Position numbers and translations under genes: made by a program. Positions 26,763-37,499 of a stretch of 52,420 nucleotides of DNA are shown piece after piece. The notes under the pieces are model-generated. The model was not told where the DNA came from, ran no database searches, and saw only the letters and a list, made by a program, of their open reading frames with translations. Source of the DNA: a virus. Taxonomy: Duplodnaviria; Caudoviricetes. The stretch's first letter is position 1. Every line of letters begins with the position of its first letter. Where the stretch lies: positions 1-52,420 of IMG/VR virus record IMGVR_UViG_3300000208_000002. The stretch is one strand, 5' to 3'.

Positions 26763-29249
26763 GTGACACACATGCTTGAATCTAATTTCTCAAAGCAAGT
26801 TGTGGTCCCCTTCCTTAATCAATCATTTCCAATTGAACGACAAAAACGAGAAGATCGATTATTACGAAGCATAATATTTCCAAGTGACACACAAACTGCT
26901 TTGCGCTTGCATGCTATTAACCATAACTATAAAGTAGTATCTACAATTGAAAGACGAACAATAAATCTTCATATTCCAGAAGATGAATGGAACGCTGAGA
27001 CTGATAAACTTCGTATTAAAGCATATTTATCTATTCCAGTGGATGGCGTTCGAGAATCACATTGGGTAACTCAACATCATGTTGACTATGGAATGGCTCA
27101 ATCTCATAACCAATATCGAGTTCGTGGAGTTTCTATTCAAGGTTATTTAAGCGATTGGGTATATTCTGAAATACGTGACGATGAAAATGATCTCATTCTT
27201 TATGAGTTGCTATATGAAATTATTGATGTGTTGCAAACTATTAATGACAAAGACATAGCATATTTGTTGGATTACGCATTAGAAGATGTATTTAATATAG
27301 TATTTTATTCAGGAAAGCCAGTTCCAATCACTTCACTTGCTTTAAATGATGAGACAAAAACGAAAATTAATGAATTATTGCAAGTATTTTCAACCATTTT
27401 TACATCATCTTTTAAAGAAGATGTTTTTGCGTCTGCTAAAGAATTTGCTGAAATTGCGCAAACATACAAGCTGTTAGAGAAATATCAAGAAACGAAATTG
27501 GACTTTTTGGTTTTATTGATTGAACGTTATTTAGAAGAAAAATACGATGAATTAATTAAGAAAGTTGATATTGAAGTATTTTTGAAAAACGATGAAGAAA
27601 TGCAAGTTTTGCTTCAAAGCATGTATGAATTTGATATCAAGAATGAATTAATACGCTCATTGTATGATATAGAACCTCATGATCGTTTTGTCACAAGTTT
27701 GAATGATGCAGTAGAATTAATTTCAGAACCAATTGTGTTTGAGCAATTAAAAACTACCCCGAAAGAAACAATTGAACAGTTTATGAGATTGGCGTTTCAA
27801 GAGTTGTATGTCCCGTTATTGATAATGGATCAAAGAGTTGCTGAATTAACTCATGAGTTGTCTGATAATGCAGCGTTCAAATCTCAAGGTGATATTATTG
27901 AAGTGGACACTATCAATGATGAAGAGCTTTACAAATTATTATTGGCTTATGATGTACTTGAATCCTTGGCGAAGGATTTAGTGGACCCTGAAATGGATTT
28001 TCATCTTCAATTTATTGAAAAAATTATTCAAACAGCAAATCAAAAGCAATTATCTTTGTTTATTGAATATTCTCCAATTGAGTTTATTGAATTGATGGTA
28101 AACATCAAAGAAAATTTTCAAACGAAGTATTCATTATTAAATAATGCTTGGTCCTATAAAGTAAATATCAAAATAGATGATTATAGCGAGATTCATTCAT
28201 TGAAAGAAAAAAGAACATTGAAGGAAGCGTATATGGCAAAGGTAGAGGAGTTTAATGACATAAAACATACAATTGCGTCACGATCTTATCAAGAAAGAGT
28301 TATTGTAGATATCTTAGAGAAAATTTTAAATAATGAAATGATGAATAAAATGGATCATCAATATAACATGTCTTTAATAGTCAAAGAAAAGTCTCATCTT
28401 GATTCACAAGATGAAGTGTTAGTGGAACAAGCAAAGATTTCTTTAATTACTGAAGAAATGCATCAGATTTATGATCAAACAGTTCATTCAGAAAATCATG
28501 ATTTTGTATCTTTAAATTCAGAAGAACATATAGAATATGACCAGCAAAAAGCTGTCACCCAAAATTTAGATCATATTTCTTTGAAATCGGAAGAAATGTA
28601 TTACATTAAAGATCAACAAAAAGTCTTTTCAGAGAATCAGTATCATGTTTCTTTGAATTCTAAAGAATCCTATTCCATTCAAAATAAGAAAAAAGATGTT
28701 GCTAAGAATCAAGATATTCTTTCTGTAAATTCACAAGAAGCATATTTCATTCAAGATAAACAACAAGACATTTCTGAGAGTCAAGATCATATTTCTTTAA
28801 GCTCGAAAGAAGTTTATTTTGTTGAAGATAAACAAGAAGTTATTAATGAAAATCAAGATGATATTTCTTTTGTTGCAAAAGAAAAAGCATTTATTCAGGA
28901 AGACCATGAAAGTTTTCGTCATCAACTAATTCAAAAGATTTTAATGAATGAGTATGTAATAAGTCAGTTGGATAAATGGTTTGTTTCTTTAAGAGAAACA
29001 TTAAAAGGTTATCCAATCGAATCGTACTCCAATGTTTGGAGTCCTAATCTTCAATCGAATTATAATGAATTACTTCTTGAGAAAAAAGATATTGAAATTA
29101 ATCAGGAATTAACAGATGAATTCGTCATGAGTGGAAAAGAAGTAGTTCGTTATATTTTAGGTGAAATAGGTGGAGATTGGCCATTAGGACAATTCATTCT
29201 AGGAATTAATACACTAAAAGGACAAACAGGTGGAATTCAAACTGGATAA
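26763..29249 (+). CDS. Large acidic structural protein with ~24-aa tandem repeats
   Basis: 828 aa. Repeats of type SENQDHISLNSKE.Y.I.D.Q in the C-terminal third. Confidence 0.75.
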   Translation: MTHMLESNFSKQVVVPFLNQSFPIERQKREDRLLRSIIFPSDTQTALRLHAINHNYKVVSTIERRTINLHIPEDEWNAETDKLRIKAYLSIPVDGVRESHWVTQHHVDYGMAQSHNQYRVRGVSIQGYLSDWVYSEIRDDENDLILYELLYEIIDVLQTINDKDIAYLLDYALEDVFNIVFYSGKPVPITSLALNDETKTKINELLQVFSTIFTSSFKEDVFASAKEFAEIAQTYKLLEKYQETKLDFLVLLIERYLEEKYDELIKKVDIEVFLKNDEEMQVLLQSMYEFDIKNELIRSLYDIEPHDRFVTSLNDAVELISEPIVFEQLKTTPKETIEQFMRLAFQELYVPLLIMDQRVAELTHELSDNAAFKSQGDIIEVDTINDEELYKLLLAYDVLESLAKDLVDPEMDFHLQFIEKIIQTANQKQLSLFIEYSPIEFIELMVNIKENFQTKYSLLNNAWSYKVNIKIDDYSEIHSLKEKRTLKEAYMAKVEEFNDIKHTIASRSYQERVIVDILEKILNNEMMNKMDHQYNMSLIVKEKSHLDSQDEVLVEQAKISLITEEMHQIYDQTVHSENHDFVSLNSEEHIEYDQQKAVTQNLDHISLKSEEMYYIKDQQKVFSENQYHVSLNSKESYSIQNKKKDVAKNQDILSVNSQEAYFIQDKQQDISESQDHISLSSKEVYFVEDKQEVINENQDDISFVAKEKAFIQEDHESFRHQLIQKILMNEYVISQLDKWFVSLRETLKGYPIESYSNVWSPNLQSNYNELLLEKKDIEINQELTDEFVMSGKEVVRYILGEIGGDWPLGQFILGINTLKGQTGGIQTG

Positions 29250-29267
29250 AATTAAATCATTAAAGGG

Positions 29268-31355
29268 GTGTCATATATGAATGTAAAGACGTTGAAAAAA
29301 CTTATTTCTTTGCTTCCAGATGGTAATAAGAAAAATATGCTTTTAAACAAATTAGAAGCACTACAAGCAAAACAAAAAAATGATTCAAAAGGTGGTTTGT
29401 TTGATGAGTTTTCACTAAAACCAACTGGTCATATTAAGATTGAGGCAATTGATGAAAATGGGAATGTTATTGGTGTGTTAGCGGATCAATCGAATCTTGT
29501 TGTAAATGGTGCTGAAGAAATTCTGTTGCGTGCATTTAGCGGCGATCCAGATAGAATGTTGTTTAAAAACCGTATCCCTAAAGGTGGGTCTACGGGTGTA
29601 TATCATGTTGCATTAGATAAAATTATTGAAGTTGTCGATGGACGAAATGTAGTTCCTCACCATCCAAATGAATTGTGGAAAGCAGTGAATGATGAAGATT
29701 TTGATATTGATTATAGCTATTATCCTATTACAGTTTACGTAAAAGAAGAAACTTCAAAAGAGCCAGGAATGAAAGCATTTAGTATTACAACTACACCTGG
29801 TCCTAATACAGCGCCTTTAACATCTGAAGTTTACAGCACATATACAAACTTATTTATTGGAATTGGTGATGGTAAAAACTATGCTGTTCCTTTAGATGAT
29901 GAGCGTTTAACATTCTCAGCAGGATTTACAGGAGATGCTACTCGCAAAGAAACAACAACGTTAAATGATGAGGTAACATTTACAGAAAAAATAAGTCATT
30001 TTGTCGTCGAATTTATGAAACATAATAAAGGTGGACAATTAGAAATATATGTAGATGGAGTATTGAAGCAAACAATTGAAACATTTGATAGTTCATTAGC
30101 TGATGGAGTTGAAGTTCCAGGATCTGTAGAAATTCCTGTTGATTCAACAAAAGAAACTGCCGTTCGGTTAAAATTCTCTGGTGCTGATCCGAGTGTCACA
30201 AATCCAAAAATCGTTTTAACTGGCATTCGATTTGATGCATTTAGTAAAGACATGAATAGTTTAATTAGTGAAATCCCAGCTTTTATTACAAAATTTGATA
30301 CACCAGAAATTTATAACACGACAACAGTTGCGCCTTACACGATTCAATTGAAACATTATCCTGTTATTGCAGATAGTGTTGCAGTTGAATACAACGGAAA
30401 TATGTTGCAACGTGTTACAGATCTTAATGATGTAACAGAAGGAAAATTCTATGTTGATGAACTAACAGGTAAAGTTTATTTCAACCGTGCATTAACAGGA
30501 TTGTCTGTCACATACGAAATTACTGGTGAACTTCATGAAGATGAAATTGCCACTTCTTTAACTTCTGTTAAAGTTGATGTTCCTGTAAATGAAACATTAA
30601 TTCCGGATGGAAGCGAAAAAGTGTTTACTTTAGCCCATAATGATCTAGTTGCTGGTTCTGTCACTGTAAAAATGAACGATATGGAATTGAGTATGCCTGC
30701 TGATTATACAGTAAATCATTCAACAGGAACGATTACATTTACTGTAGCTCCAGCAAGTGATTCGGTAGTGACAGTTGATTACAAATATAAAGAGAATGCA
30801 TTAAAGTATAAGCTTGAAAATCCAATTAAAGATTCGGAAGTGCGCTTATTTGATCAAAACAAATTTGAATTAACACTCGCTGAAGATGCCGCAGATTTTG
30901 GCGAAACAAGTTTCTTAATTGATGAAAGCGATGCTGAACGCAAAACACTGCTTGTTCATCCAAAAACATTGAATGGTAATAGTATTACACGTTTGGATGT
31001 TTATTATAAAACGGATGCATTACCAGGACTTCCTACGAATTATAAACGGCAAGTGATTCTGAAACCGAAAACGGAAAATGGATATCCATGGTTTGAATTG
31101 GATAAAGGCTCCGTTCAGTTTGTTGCGGAATTCAAAGAAGGAATTCCTAGCTATAATGTAACGATTCGTGAAATGGGACTATTTGATGGTCCAAGAGTAG
31201 ATGATGGGGTAACAGGTTACACAGGATATCCAGTAAAAGCCTTCTCATTGGTTCGGGTAGGAGAAACAAGAAAAGAAGTGTCCACAGGTATTCGTGTAAC
31301 ATGGACAATTACTTTATTGGATGAAAATGGACAACCATTTAAAGGTGGATTTTAA
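29268..31355 (+). CDS. Structural (fibre/baseplate-like) beta-rich protein, paralog 1
   Basis: P.GH.K.E..DENG...NLVV N-motif, internal Y..D...G.I.F modules, C-terminal TG.RVTW.IT. Confidence 0.7.
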   Translation: MSYMNVKTLKKLISLLPDGNKKNMLLNKLEALQAKQKNDSKGGLFDEFSLKPTGHIKIEAIDENGNVIGVLADQSNLVVNGAEEILLRAFSGDPDRMLFKNRIPKGGSTGVYHVALDKIIEVVDGRNVVPHHPNELWKAVNDEDFDIDYSYYPITVYVKEETSKEPGMKAFSITTTPGPNTAPLTSEVYSTYTNLFIGIGDGKNYAVPLDDERLTFSAGFTGDATRKETTTLNDEVTFTEKISHFVVEFMKHNKGGQLEIYVDGVLKQTIETFDSSLADGVEVPGSVEIPVDSTKETAVRLKFSGADPSVTNPKIVLTGIRFDAFSKDMNSLISEIPAFITKFDTPEIYNTTTVAPYTIQLKHYPVIADSVAVEYNGNMLQRVTDLNDVTEGKFYVDELTGKVYFNRALTGLSVTYEITGELHEDEIATSLTSVKVDVPVNETLIPDGSEKVFTLAHNDLVAGSVTVKMNDMELSMPADYTVNHSTGTITFTVAPASDSVVTVDYKYKENALKYKLENPIKDSEVRLFDQNKFELTLAEDAADFGETSFLIDESDAERKTLLVHPKTLNGNSITRLDVYYKTDALPGLPTNYKRQVILKPKTENGYPWFELDKGSVQFVAEFKEGIPSYNVTIREMGLFDGPRVDDGVTGYTGYPVKAFSLVRVGETRKEVSTGIRVTWTITLLDENGQPFKGGF

Positions 31356-31378
31356 TTATAGGTCAGGGGTGAAGTAAC

Positions 31379-33130
31379 ATGATCCAAGATGTAGCTGCGA
31401 TGAATCCAAAAGGTCATGTAAAAGTAGAATTGTATGATGAAAATGGTGTGTTTTACACAAAAGAAAAGAAAAACCTTGTTGTATTAGATGCAAATAGTAT
31501 TGTAGCTGAAATGATGGCTAATCCATCGAAAATGATTCGGATATCTCAAACAGATAAAGGTAATACAGATTTAACAGTTAATTCGGAAGGTACTTATACC
31601 TTCCGTCTCTCCATTCAACCTGAAGTAAAAGGAACTTACGATAAAGATATTCCTTCGACAAATACAAATACAATCATTACTTTAGATGGTTTAGAAAATA
31701 TTACAGCATTGCTTTCTGTAAAAGTAGGAGCGAATGTGTTGCAAATTAACAAAGATGTGTTCTTGAAAGACGCAGAAAAAGGGATTTTGGAATTTGCGGT
31801 TGCTCCAACACAACCTATTTCGGTTACTTATCGTAAAGTAAAAGATCCAATGGTTCGAATTATTGAGGGAACAGAAGTTGTAAAAGTCGGAGCAGAAACT
31901 TGGAAGCGTGGCAATGTGGCAAGTGATGCAAACAAAACATATGTGATTGATTATAAAACAGGAGAAGTAAAATTTGAAAACACAAAAGTAAATGTAACAG
32001 TCACATATGATTATCATCGTAAATATTGTTTAGGTTTTATGGCATTAGGTGGCAAACCTGCTGGACATCCTGATTATATGCCAGTTTCATTCTCGAATAT
32101 TGATAAAAATAAAACAGATATGCCAGAAGAATTTGATGGATCTAGAGTACCAATTATGTTCCCAGCAGAAATTTCAGACGGAAAACCAGAAATCGATATT
32201 TTCCCAACGAAGCCAATTGAATTTATTGAAAAAACAGTAACGATCACAGCTGCGGATAACGATAGCGATGGAGCAGTTGATACAGTTTATGATTTAGATA
32301 ACTCTGGAAACAAATTATTAGCATTAGTTTCTGTGAAAAATTTAACTACTTCGACAGATTTAGTTGTTGGCACTGATGTAAATATTAAAGACGCAAATGC
32401 AGCTACGATTGAATTTGCAAACACACCAAACAGTGAAGATCAATTTGAAGTGAAATTCCGGTTACAAGCTAACAATAATCATCTCACTTATCAATTAACC
32501 CAAGCGCCAGTTGTAGCATTAGAAAGTGTTGTTCATGAAGATATAAACGGAAATAAAACAAATTATGTCATTCAAGATCGTGGTCTCAAATTAGGAAAAG
32601 GCGATGTTTGGTTGCTAAATCCAAATGCCGGTATTATCCAATTCAGTGCAACTCCAAGTACAGGAGTTCCTGTAAACACTCCAGGGCAATTAACGATTCA
32701 ATATCGTGTAAATGCTGGTAAAGTAGTTAAATTTATCGCTGACTTTCCGAAAGGCGTTCCAGGTCCAGTGAAATTAACAAAAACTGATACATTTACTGTA
32801 AGTGGCGGAATGACTACTTTTGCATTAACTTATCCAGCAGCTAAAGATGCAAGCGGCAAATTTATTATTGCAAGTGTAAAACGCAATGGAAATCCAGAAA
32901 GCTATACACTTTCTCCAGATGGAACTCAAATTACAGTGAATAATGCTGCGAACGGCGATGTCATTGAAGTGCAATACACATACGAAAAAACGACTCATGA
33001 AATTTATCAAGTAGCAATGTTTGATGGCAAAGATAAAGCAACAAGCAAAATGTTTAATATTTCAGGTATTGGTCCAATTACAAAAGATCAAAATACAGGA
33101 ATGCGGGTAACTTGGTCCGTAACCTTCTAA
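31379..33130 (+). CDS. Structural (fibre/baseplate-like) beta-rich protein, paralog 2
   Basis: Same N- and C-terminal motifs as 29268-31355. Confidence 0.7.
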   Translation: MIQDVAAMNPKGHVKVELYDENGVFYTKEKKNLVVLDANSIVAEMMANPSKMIRISQTDKGNTDLTVNSEGTYTFRLSIQPEVKGTYDKDIPSTNTNTIITLDGLENITALLSVKVGANVLQINKDVFLKDAEKGILEFAVAPTQPISVTYRKVKDPMVRIIEGTEVVKVGAETWKRGNVASDANKTYVIDYKTGEVKFENTKVNVTVTYDYHRKYCLGFMALGGKPAGHPDYMPVSFSNIDKNKTDMPEEFDGSRVPIMFPAEISDGKPEIDIFPTKPIEFIEKTVTITAADNDSDGAVDTVYDLDNSGNKLLALVSVKNLTTSTDLVVGTDVNIKDANAATIEFANTPNSEDQFEVKFRLQANNNHLTYQLTQAPVVALESVVHEDINGNKTNYVIQDRGLKLGKGDVWLLNPNAGIIQFSATPSTGVPVNTPGQLTIQYRVNAGKVVKFIADFPKGVPGPVKLTKTDTFTVSGGMTTFALTYPAAKDASGKFIIASVKRNGNPESYTLSPDGTQITVNNAANGDVIEVQYTYEKTTHEIYQVAMFDGKDKATSKMFNISGIGPITKDQNTGMRVTWSVTF

Positions 33131-33143
33131 GGAGGGACCATAA

Positions 33144-33656
33144 ATGGCAACACCAAACTATATGAAACGTATCACATTTTTAGATGGACAAGTATTGCAT
33201 GATTTCCATTTAAATATCATGCAAAAGAATATTGCTGAAGCTATTAAGCTTAAAACAACAATGGAGAGATACGACATGCTTTTGCTCGTATCTCCCTACA
33301 ATTATTATTTTGCAGAGCCTTTTATTGATACATCGAATCGTGATCCAAGCAGTACTGCGCAGTTAAATCCACTAACTTTCACGATTAATGCCGATTCATG
33401 GGTTACACCAGTTCTTGAGTTGCCAGTGGTGACAGATGAAATTTACTTGTTAGCTAACTTTGAAGATTATCCTAGTCAAAATAGCTTTGTGAATTTTTAC
33501 TACCGTACAAGTACAGTAAACAACTGGGTTAAAGTAGCGGTAGACACTCCAATTTATTTACCAGTCCCATCTAAATTTATTCAAGTAAAAGTGGAATGCA
33601 CGTATTCTGGGACAGTACGACCAACTGTATATGATTTTGCAATTATGGCGAAATAA
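33144..33656 (+). CDS. Putative structural protein
   Basis: 170 aa; F.DGQVL....LN N-terminus common in tail/fibre proteins. Confidence 0.65.
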   Translation: MATPNYMKRITFLDGQVLHDFHLNIMQKNIAEAIKLKTTMERYDMLLLVSPYNYYFAEPFIDTSNRDPSSTAQLNPLTFTINADSWVTPVLELPVVTDEIYLLANFEDYPSQNSFVNFYYRTSTVNNWVKVAVDTPIYLPVPSKFIQVKVECTYSGTVRPTVYDFAIMAK

Positions 33657-33669
33657 GGGGAGATTGTAT

Positions 33670-33981
33670 ATGGCAATGGTTCGTCAGCATCCAGATTATC
33701 CTAAATGGAGAATGAAAATTGGAATCATGCCAGACTTTTCTGGTTCTAAAATATCTAGTCAGGAGATTCCAATTGGTGTTTGTGATGGAGTTAATAAAGT
33801 ATTTAAATTAGCAAATAAGCCATTGAAACATAGTGAAGAAGTAGTAAAAGATGGGATGGTAATGAAACGGGATTTGGATTATACCATAGACTACGCCACT
33901 GGCACCATTACTTTTTCAGATCATCAAATTCCTCAACCAAAGTCGGTTATTCATGTCACATATAAATATATGGGGGCATAA
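33670..33981 (+). CDS. Small structural protein (single beta module)
   Basis: DGVNKVFKL...DYTIDYATGTITF, the same module as in the two preceding large proteins. Confidence 0.7.
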   Translation: MAMVRQHPDYPKWRMKIGIMPDFSGSKISSQEIPIGVCDGVNKVFKLANKPLKHSEEVVKDGMVMKRDLDYTIDYATGTITFSDHQIPQPKSVIHVTYKYMGA

Positions 33982-33983
33982 TT

Positions 33984-34874
33984 ATGGATTTTGTGTTACG
34001 AACATTTCCTAGACATTTAAGTGAAGATGTTGCTTGTGATACAGATATTCGAGTCGATTTTATGGTGGACTTGAATAGTCAATTATTAAGAGAGGAACAT
34101 ATTGTGTTATGGAATGTTACCGAACAAAAACCAGTTTCTATTCGATATGAATACCGAAGTCGAACATTAATCATAAAGCCTAGAGAATCACTATCTCCAC
34201 GAATGCATTATCAATTGCAATTAGTAGGCGGAGAAAAAGGGATTCGAGATATTATAGGAAGATACATGCCAGAAAGTTATCAAATTGAGTTTTTTACCAA
34301 AGATGTAGATGGCATTAAACCTCCTGTATTACTAACACCTACTCATTTATCTGAAGTGACAGAAAAACCTACTTTTACATGGAGTGCAGTAGAACATGCT
34401 TATGCTTATGAATTACAGATATCTTCAACTAATACGTTTCATAATGTGACTTGGCCACCTTCTTCACAATTAATATTTGGCACCAGTGTAAAGCCAGATG
34501 TGAAATATGAACGAGGAAGATATTATGCTCGAATTCGAGCTATCGCTGAAGATGGAACCAAAAGCGCATTTTCTGATGTAATTCAATTTTATGTAAATAT
34601 TAATGATTCTCAAAAACCACCAGAAACAAATTTTCCTATTCGAACGAATACGAGAATTGAGCAAAATTCACAATTAACAGTACTTAAACAATATTTCTCT
34701 CAACAAAATCAATCGAGTTCAGAAAAATTACGTATCGTTTCTAGTTCTCCAAAACATCGTTCTTCACATTTCCCTGTGGCCAAATTACAAAAAATTATTG
34801 TTGAATTCAATGAGCCGTTGGATCCGAATAGTGTGACTTCACAAAGCTGTTATATCACTGAAGAAAAAAATTAA
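33984..34874 (+). CDS. Ig-like (Big_5) / FN3 domain structural protein
   Basis: Ig-like LIIKPRESLSPRMHYQL; FN3-like FTWSAV...YELQIS...YYARIRA. Confidence 0.7.
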   Translation: MDFVLRTFPRHLSEDVACDTDIRVDFMVDLNSQLLREEHIVLWNVTEQKPVSIRYEYRSRTLIIKPRESLSPRMHYQLQLVGGEKGIRDIIGRYMPESYQIEFFTKDVDGIKPPVLLTPTHLSEVTEKPTFTWSAVEHAYAYELQISSTNTFHNVTWPPSSQLIFGTSVKPDVKYERGRYYARIRAIAEDGTKSAFSDVIQFYVNINDSQKPPETNFPIRTNTRIEQNSQLTVLKQYFSQQNQSSSEKLRIVSSSPKHRSSHFPVAKLQKIIVEFNEPLDPNSVTSQSCYITEEKN

Positions 34875-34893
34875 ATGACCGTCTCTAAAGCAG

Positions 34894-35985
34894 GTGGTAT
34901 ACGTGAAAGATTTAGGAGAATTTCATAAAAATTCAAAGATATTTTTAGAATTATTGACAATAGATAAAAAAAATATGCCAATTTCTGTGGATAGCACACC
35001 TACAGTGGCTATTGGGTATTATGGCACAGATGGCGTTCAAAACATGGATAATGTTACACTAAATACAGTAGATGGAGGCAATAGATATACTTATGTGTAC
35101 GAAATTCCTTCGAATTGGCCAGATGGGCAATATATTTTGCGATATGAAGTAATAGTGCAAGGCGTTACACATACTATAGAGGAGACATTCTCTTTATACT
35201 CTAACTCAAATACAGAACATGATTCCGGTTCAAATGAAGATGTACAAGATGAAATATTAGAAACGGATACTGATATTATGATAATGCCTCCAGAATTTCA
35301 GATACCAGTAGATATTCAGGTAAATGGTAATACAATTACGATTACACCAAAAGAAAGTGTCGCTTATAATCGCACTTATACATTAGTTTTAGATAAAAGT
35401 ATCCAGTCAGTAACCGGAAAGTCTTTATCGCAAACACAAGTAATTCAATTTACTTCTGAATACAGCCCATTATATGCAACGCCTCTAGAGTTAAGATCTA
35501 TTCTTTCTCGATTGTATTCTTATTTTACATTAGATGAAATGTATGCGGCATTGCGAGATGCTGGACAAAAAGTGCATCAATTATTAAAGAGAATTCCAGA
35601 TGCCAATAATTCACGTTTTCAATTATTAACAGATCGGGATGATGCATATTTTCCAGCAGCGAAATTTAGTGTATATGAAGCAGCTAAGAATTTATTAAAT
35701 CATTTGTTAATCAAAGTAATTGAAAGACACACTAATCCATCCAACGAGCAGATGGAAAATGGCTTCAAGTTAGGGGATTTTGAAGTACAATTTGGTGATT
35801 CATCAAACGGTTCCAATGAACAAAACAATGTTTTGGATATGATTCAAGCATTGCTTTCTAATATTGAACGAGATTGGAAATATTGGATGGATGCTTTAAT
35901 GGGTAGAAATGCTAGAGGATATGCTAAGCCAATTACGGCAGTTACAAGAAGTAGTTCTCCTAGTCCAGAAAGTAGGGATATTTAA
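34894..35985 (+). CDS. Putative head-tail adaptor/neck protein with Ig-like N-terminal domains
   Basis: Position; PLYAT..EL and FKLGDFEV motifs typical of connector proteins. Confidence 0.55.
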   Translation: MVYVKDLGEFHKNSKIFLELLTIDKKNMPISVDSTPTVAIGYYGTDGVQNMDNVTLNTVDGGNRYTYVYEIPSNWPDGQYILRYEVIVQGVTHTIEETFSLYSNSNTEHDSGSNEDVQDEILETDTDIMIMPPEFQIPVDIQVNGNTITITPKESVAYNRTYTLVLDKSIQSVTGKSLSQTQVIQFTSEYSPLYATPLELRSILSRLYSYFTLDEMYAALRDAGQKVHQLLKRIPDANNSRFQLLTDRDDAYFPAAKFSVYEAAKNLLNHLLIKVIERHTNPSNEQMENGFKLGDFEVQFGDSSNGSNEQNNVLDMIQALLSNIERDWKYWMDALMGRNARGYAKPITAVTRSSSPSPESRDI

Positions 35986-36467
35986 TGGATATACGAAAAT
36001 TGCTAAAGTCTATCTTGCAACAGTATGGGCATGATGTTGTGTATGTGGAAAAAGATAGGCGTTTTCGATGCTCTTGTTATTCAGAACGCAGTGGGGAATC
36101 AGCAGATCCTAATTGCCCTAAATGTTTTGGCACTTCATTTTATGTCACTTTCAGAAAAGTTAAGGTAAGGAGAGTTATTAGTTCTGTCCCCGAAACTCTA
36201 ATTGGAGTAAATAAACTAACAGAAAAAGGCAATGTGACTTTAAAAGCTTATGTGTATTACATGGAATATGACGCACATCCCAAAGAAGGGGACTTAATCT
36301 TAGAAGTAGATTGGAAAAATGGAATACCGGTGAATATTAAAGAAAAATTGTTTATTAGTGTTGTGGAGCCCAAATTAGGGGATCAAGGAAGGGTTGAGTT
36401 TTATCAGGTGTATTGTCGTTATACACCGAAAGGAGCGAATGACGATGATGCCCTCTCCACACATTGA
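35985..36467 (+). CDS. Putative head closure/neck protein
   Basis: 160 aa, CSC...CPKC.G, PKEGDLI; position before tail genes. Confidence 0.55.
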   Translation: MDIRKLLKSILQQYGHDVVYVEKDRRFRCSCYSERSGESADPNCPKCFGTSFYVTFRKVKVRRVISSVPETLIGVNKLTEKGNVTLKAYVYYMEYDAHPKEGDLILEVDWKNGIPVNIKEKLFISVVEPKLGDQGRVEFYQVYCRYTPKGANDDDALSTH

Positions 36468-37485
36468 GTATCAACAACACGACTCCATTTATTTATTATC
36501 CCAGGCACCGACAGGAAAGCGATTAATCATTATGGGAGAAGCCGATAATGGACCATATTATGAGCCAGTATATGCTCCTAATACTTTTGTGGCGCAATCT
36601 TACTTTCAATCTGGCCCACTTCTAGAACGTCAAAAAGATGCATTATTATTTGATCCAAATTTAGAGGTTTATTTGATGCGGATTGATAAGTATGGATTTG
36701 TTTCCGCATTAGATTATTTAAAGACCTATGAGTTTGATTTGTTGTATTGTGATACTATTCGATTTGGAGAAAATACAGAGGATATTTTGTCATTTATTGA
36801 ATTTGCGCATGAAAAAGAGCAGCAAGGAATATTAGTTCATGGCATTTTTGATTTAATGCCATTTAAGAATATCACAGAATTGGAATCAATAGAGCAACTA
36901 ATTAAGTCATTTACTTTTGATTCTTTGTTTCATATCGAAGAAGACGGAAAATATTTATCTATTGTTGTTGATCAATTTCAAGATCATAAAGCAGGAGCAG
37001 TTTATTCAGGAGTAATCGCTTCATTAGATATTGGTACAAGTCCAATGAATAAAAAAATCAATGTTCAACTAAAACAGGAATTTAATAAAAGAGAAATTCT
37101 GTATTTGGAAAAAATAGGGATTGTTTCTTTCCGGTCTAGTTTTAAAAAAGGAGTTGTTTGTGCTACTTGTCCTTGCGCCGTTCATACACCGGGAGTCCAT
37201 AAAAATATAGCGAATTTCAGAATTGCTCAATCGGTAATCTTGGATGTTTCTAGTACATTATCTTCTTTTGTGGGCCGCACTGGAATATCTATTCAAGGAC
37301 AAGAGATTCAGGAATTATTGATTTCAATTTTAGATGAATATCGTCAAAAAGAAATTATACGTGAGTACGCATTTAGTATTGTCTCCGCTTATTTAGAAGG
37401 ATCTATCTATGTGGAATTAGAGATTGTCCCTGTTTTCACTACAGAAAAAATGATTGCACACACACAAGTTCGCATTAAGCGTTAA
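36445..37485 (+). CDS. Short tail-sheath-like paralog
   Basis: N-terminal IIMGEADNGPYYEPV resembles sheath IIGTAIDGPVGEPV. C-terminal ELEIVPVF resembles sheath TLELVPQF. Confidence 0.65.
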   Translation: MMPSPHIEYQQHDSIYLLSQAPTGKRLIIMGEADNGPYYEPVYAPNTFVAQSYFQSGPLLERQKDALLFDPNLEVYLMRIDKYGFVSALDYLKTYEFDLLYCDTIRFGENTEDILSFIEFAHEKEQQGILVHGIFDLMPFKNITELESIEQLIKSFTFDSLFHIEEDGKYLSIVVDQFQDHKAGAVYSGVIASLDIGTSPMNKKINVQLKQEFNKREILYLEKIGIVSFRSSFKKGVVCATCPCAVHTPGVHKNIANFRIAQSVILDVSSTLSSFVGRTGISIQGQEIQELLISILDEYRQKEIIREYAFSIVSAYLEGSIYVELEIVPVFTTEKMIAHTQVRIKR

Positions 37486-37499
37486 TTGGGTGAGAGAGT

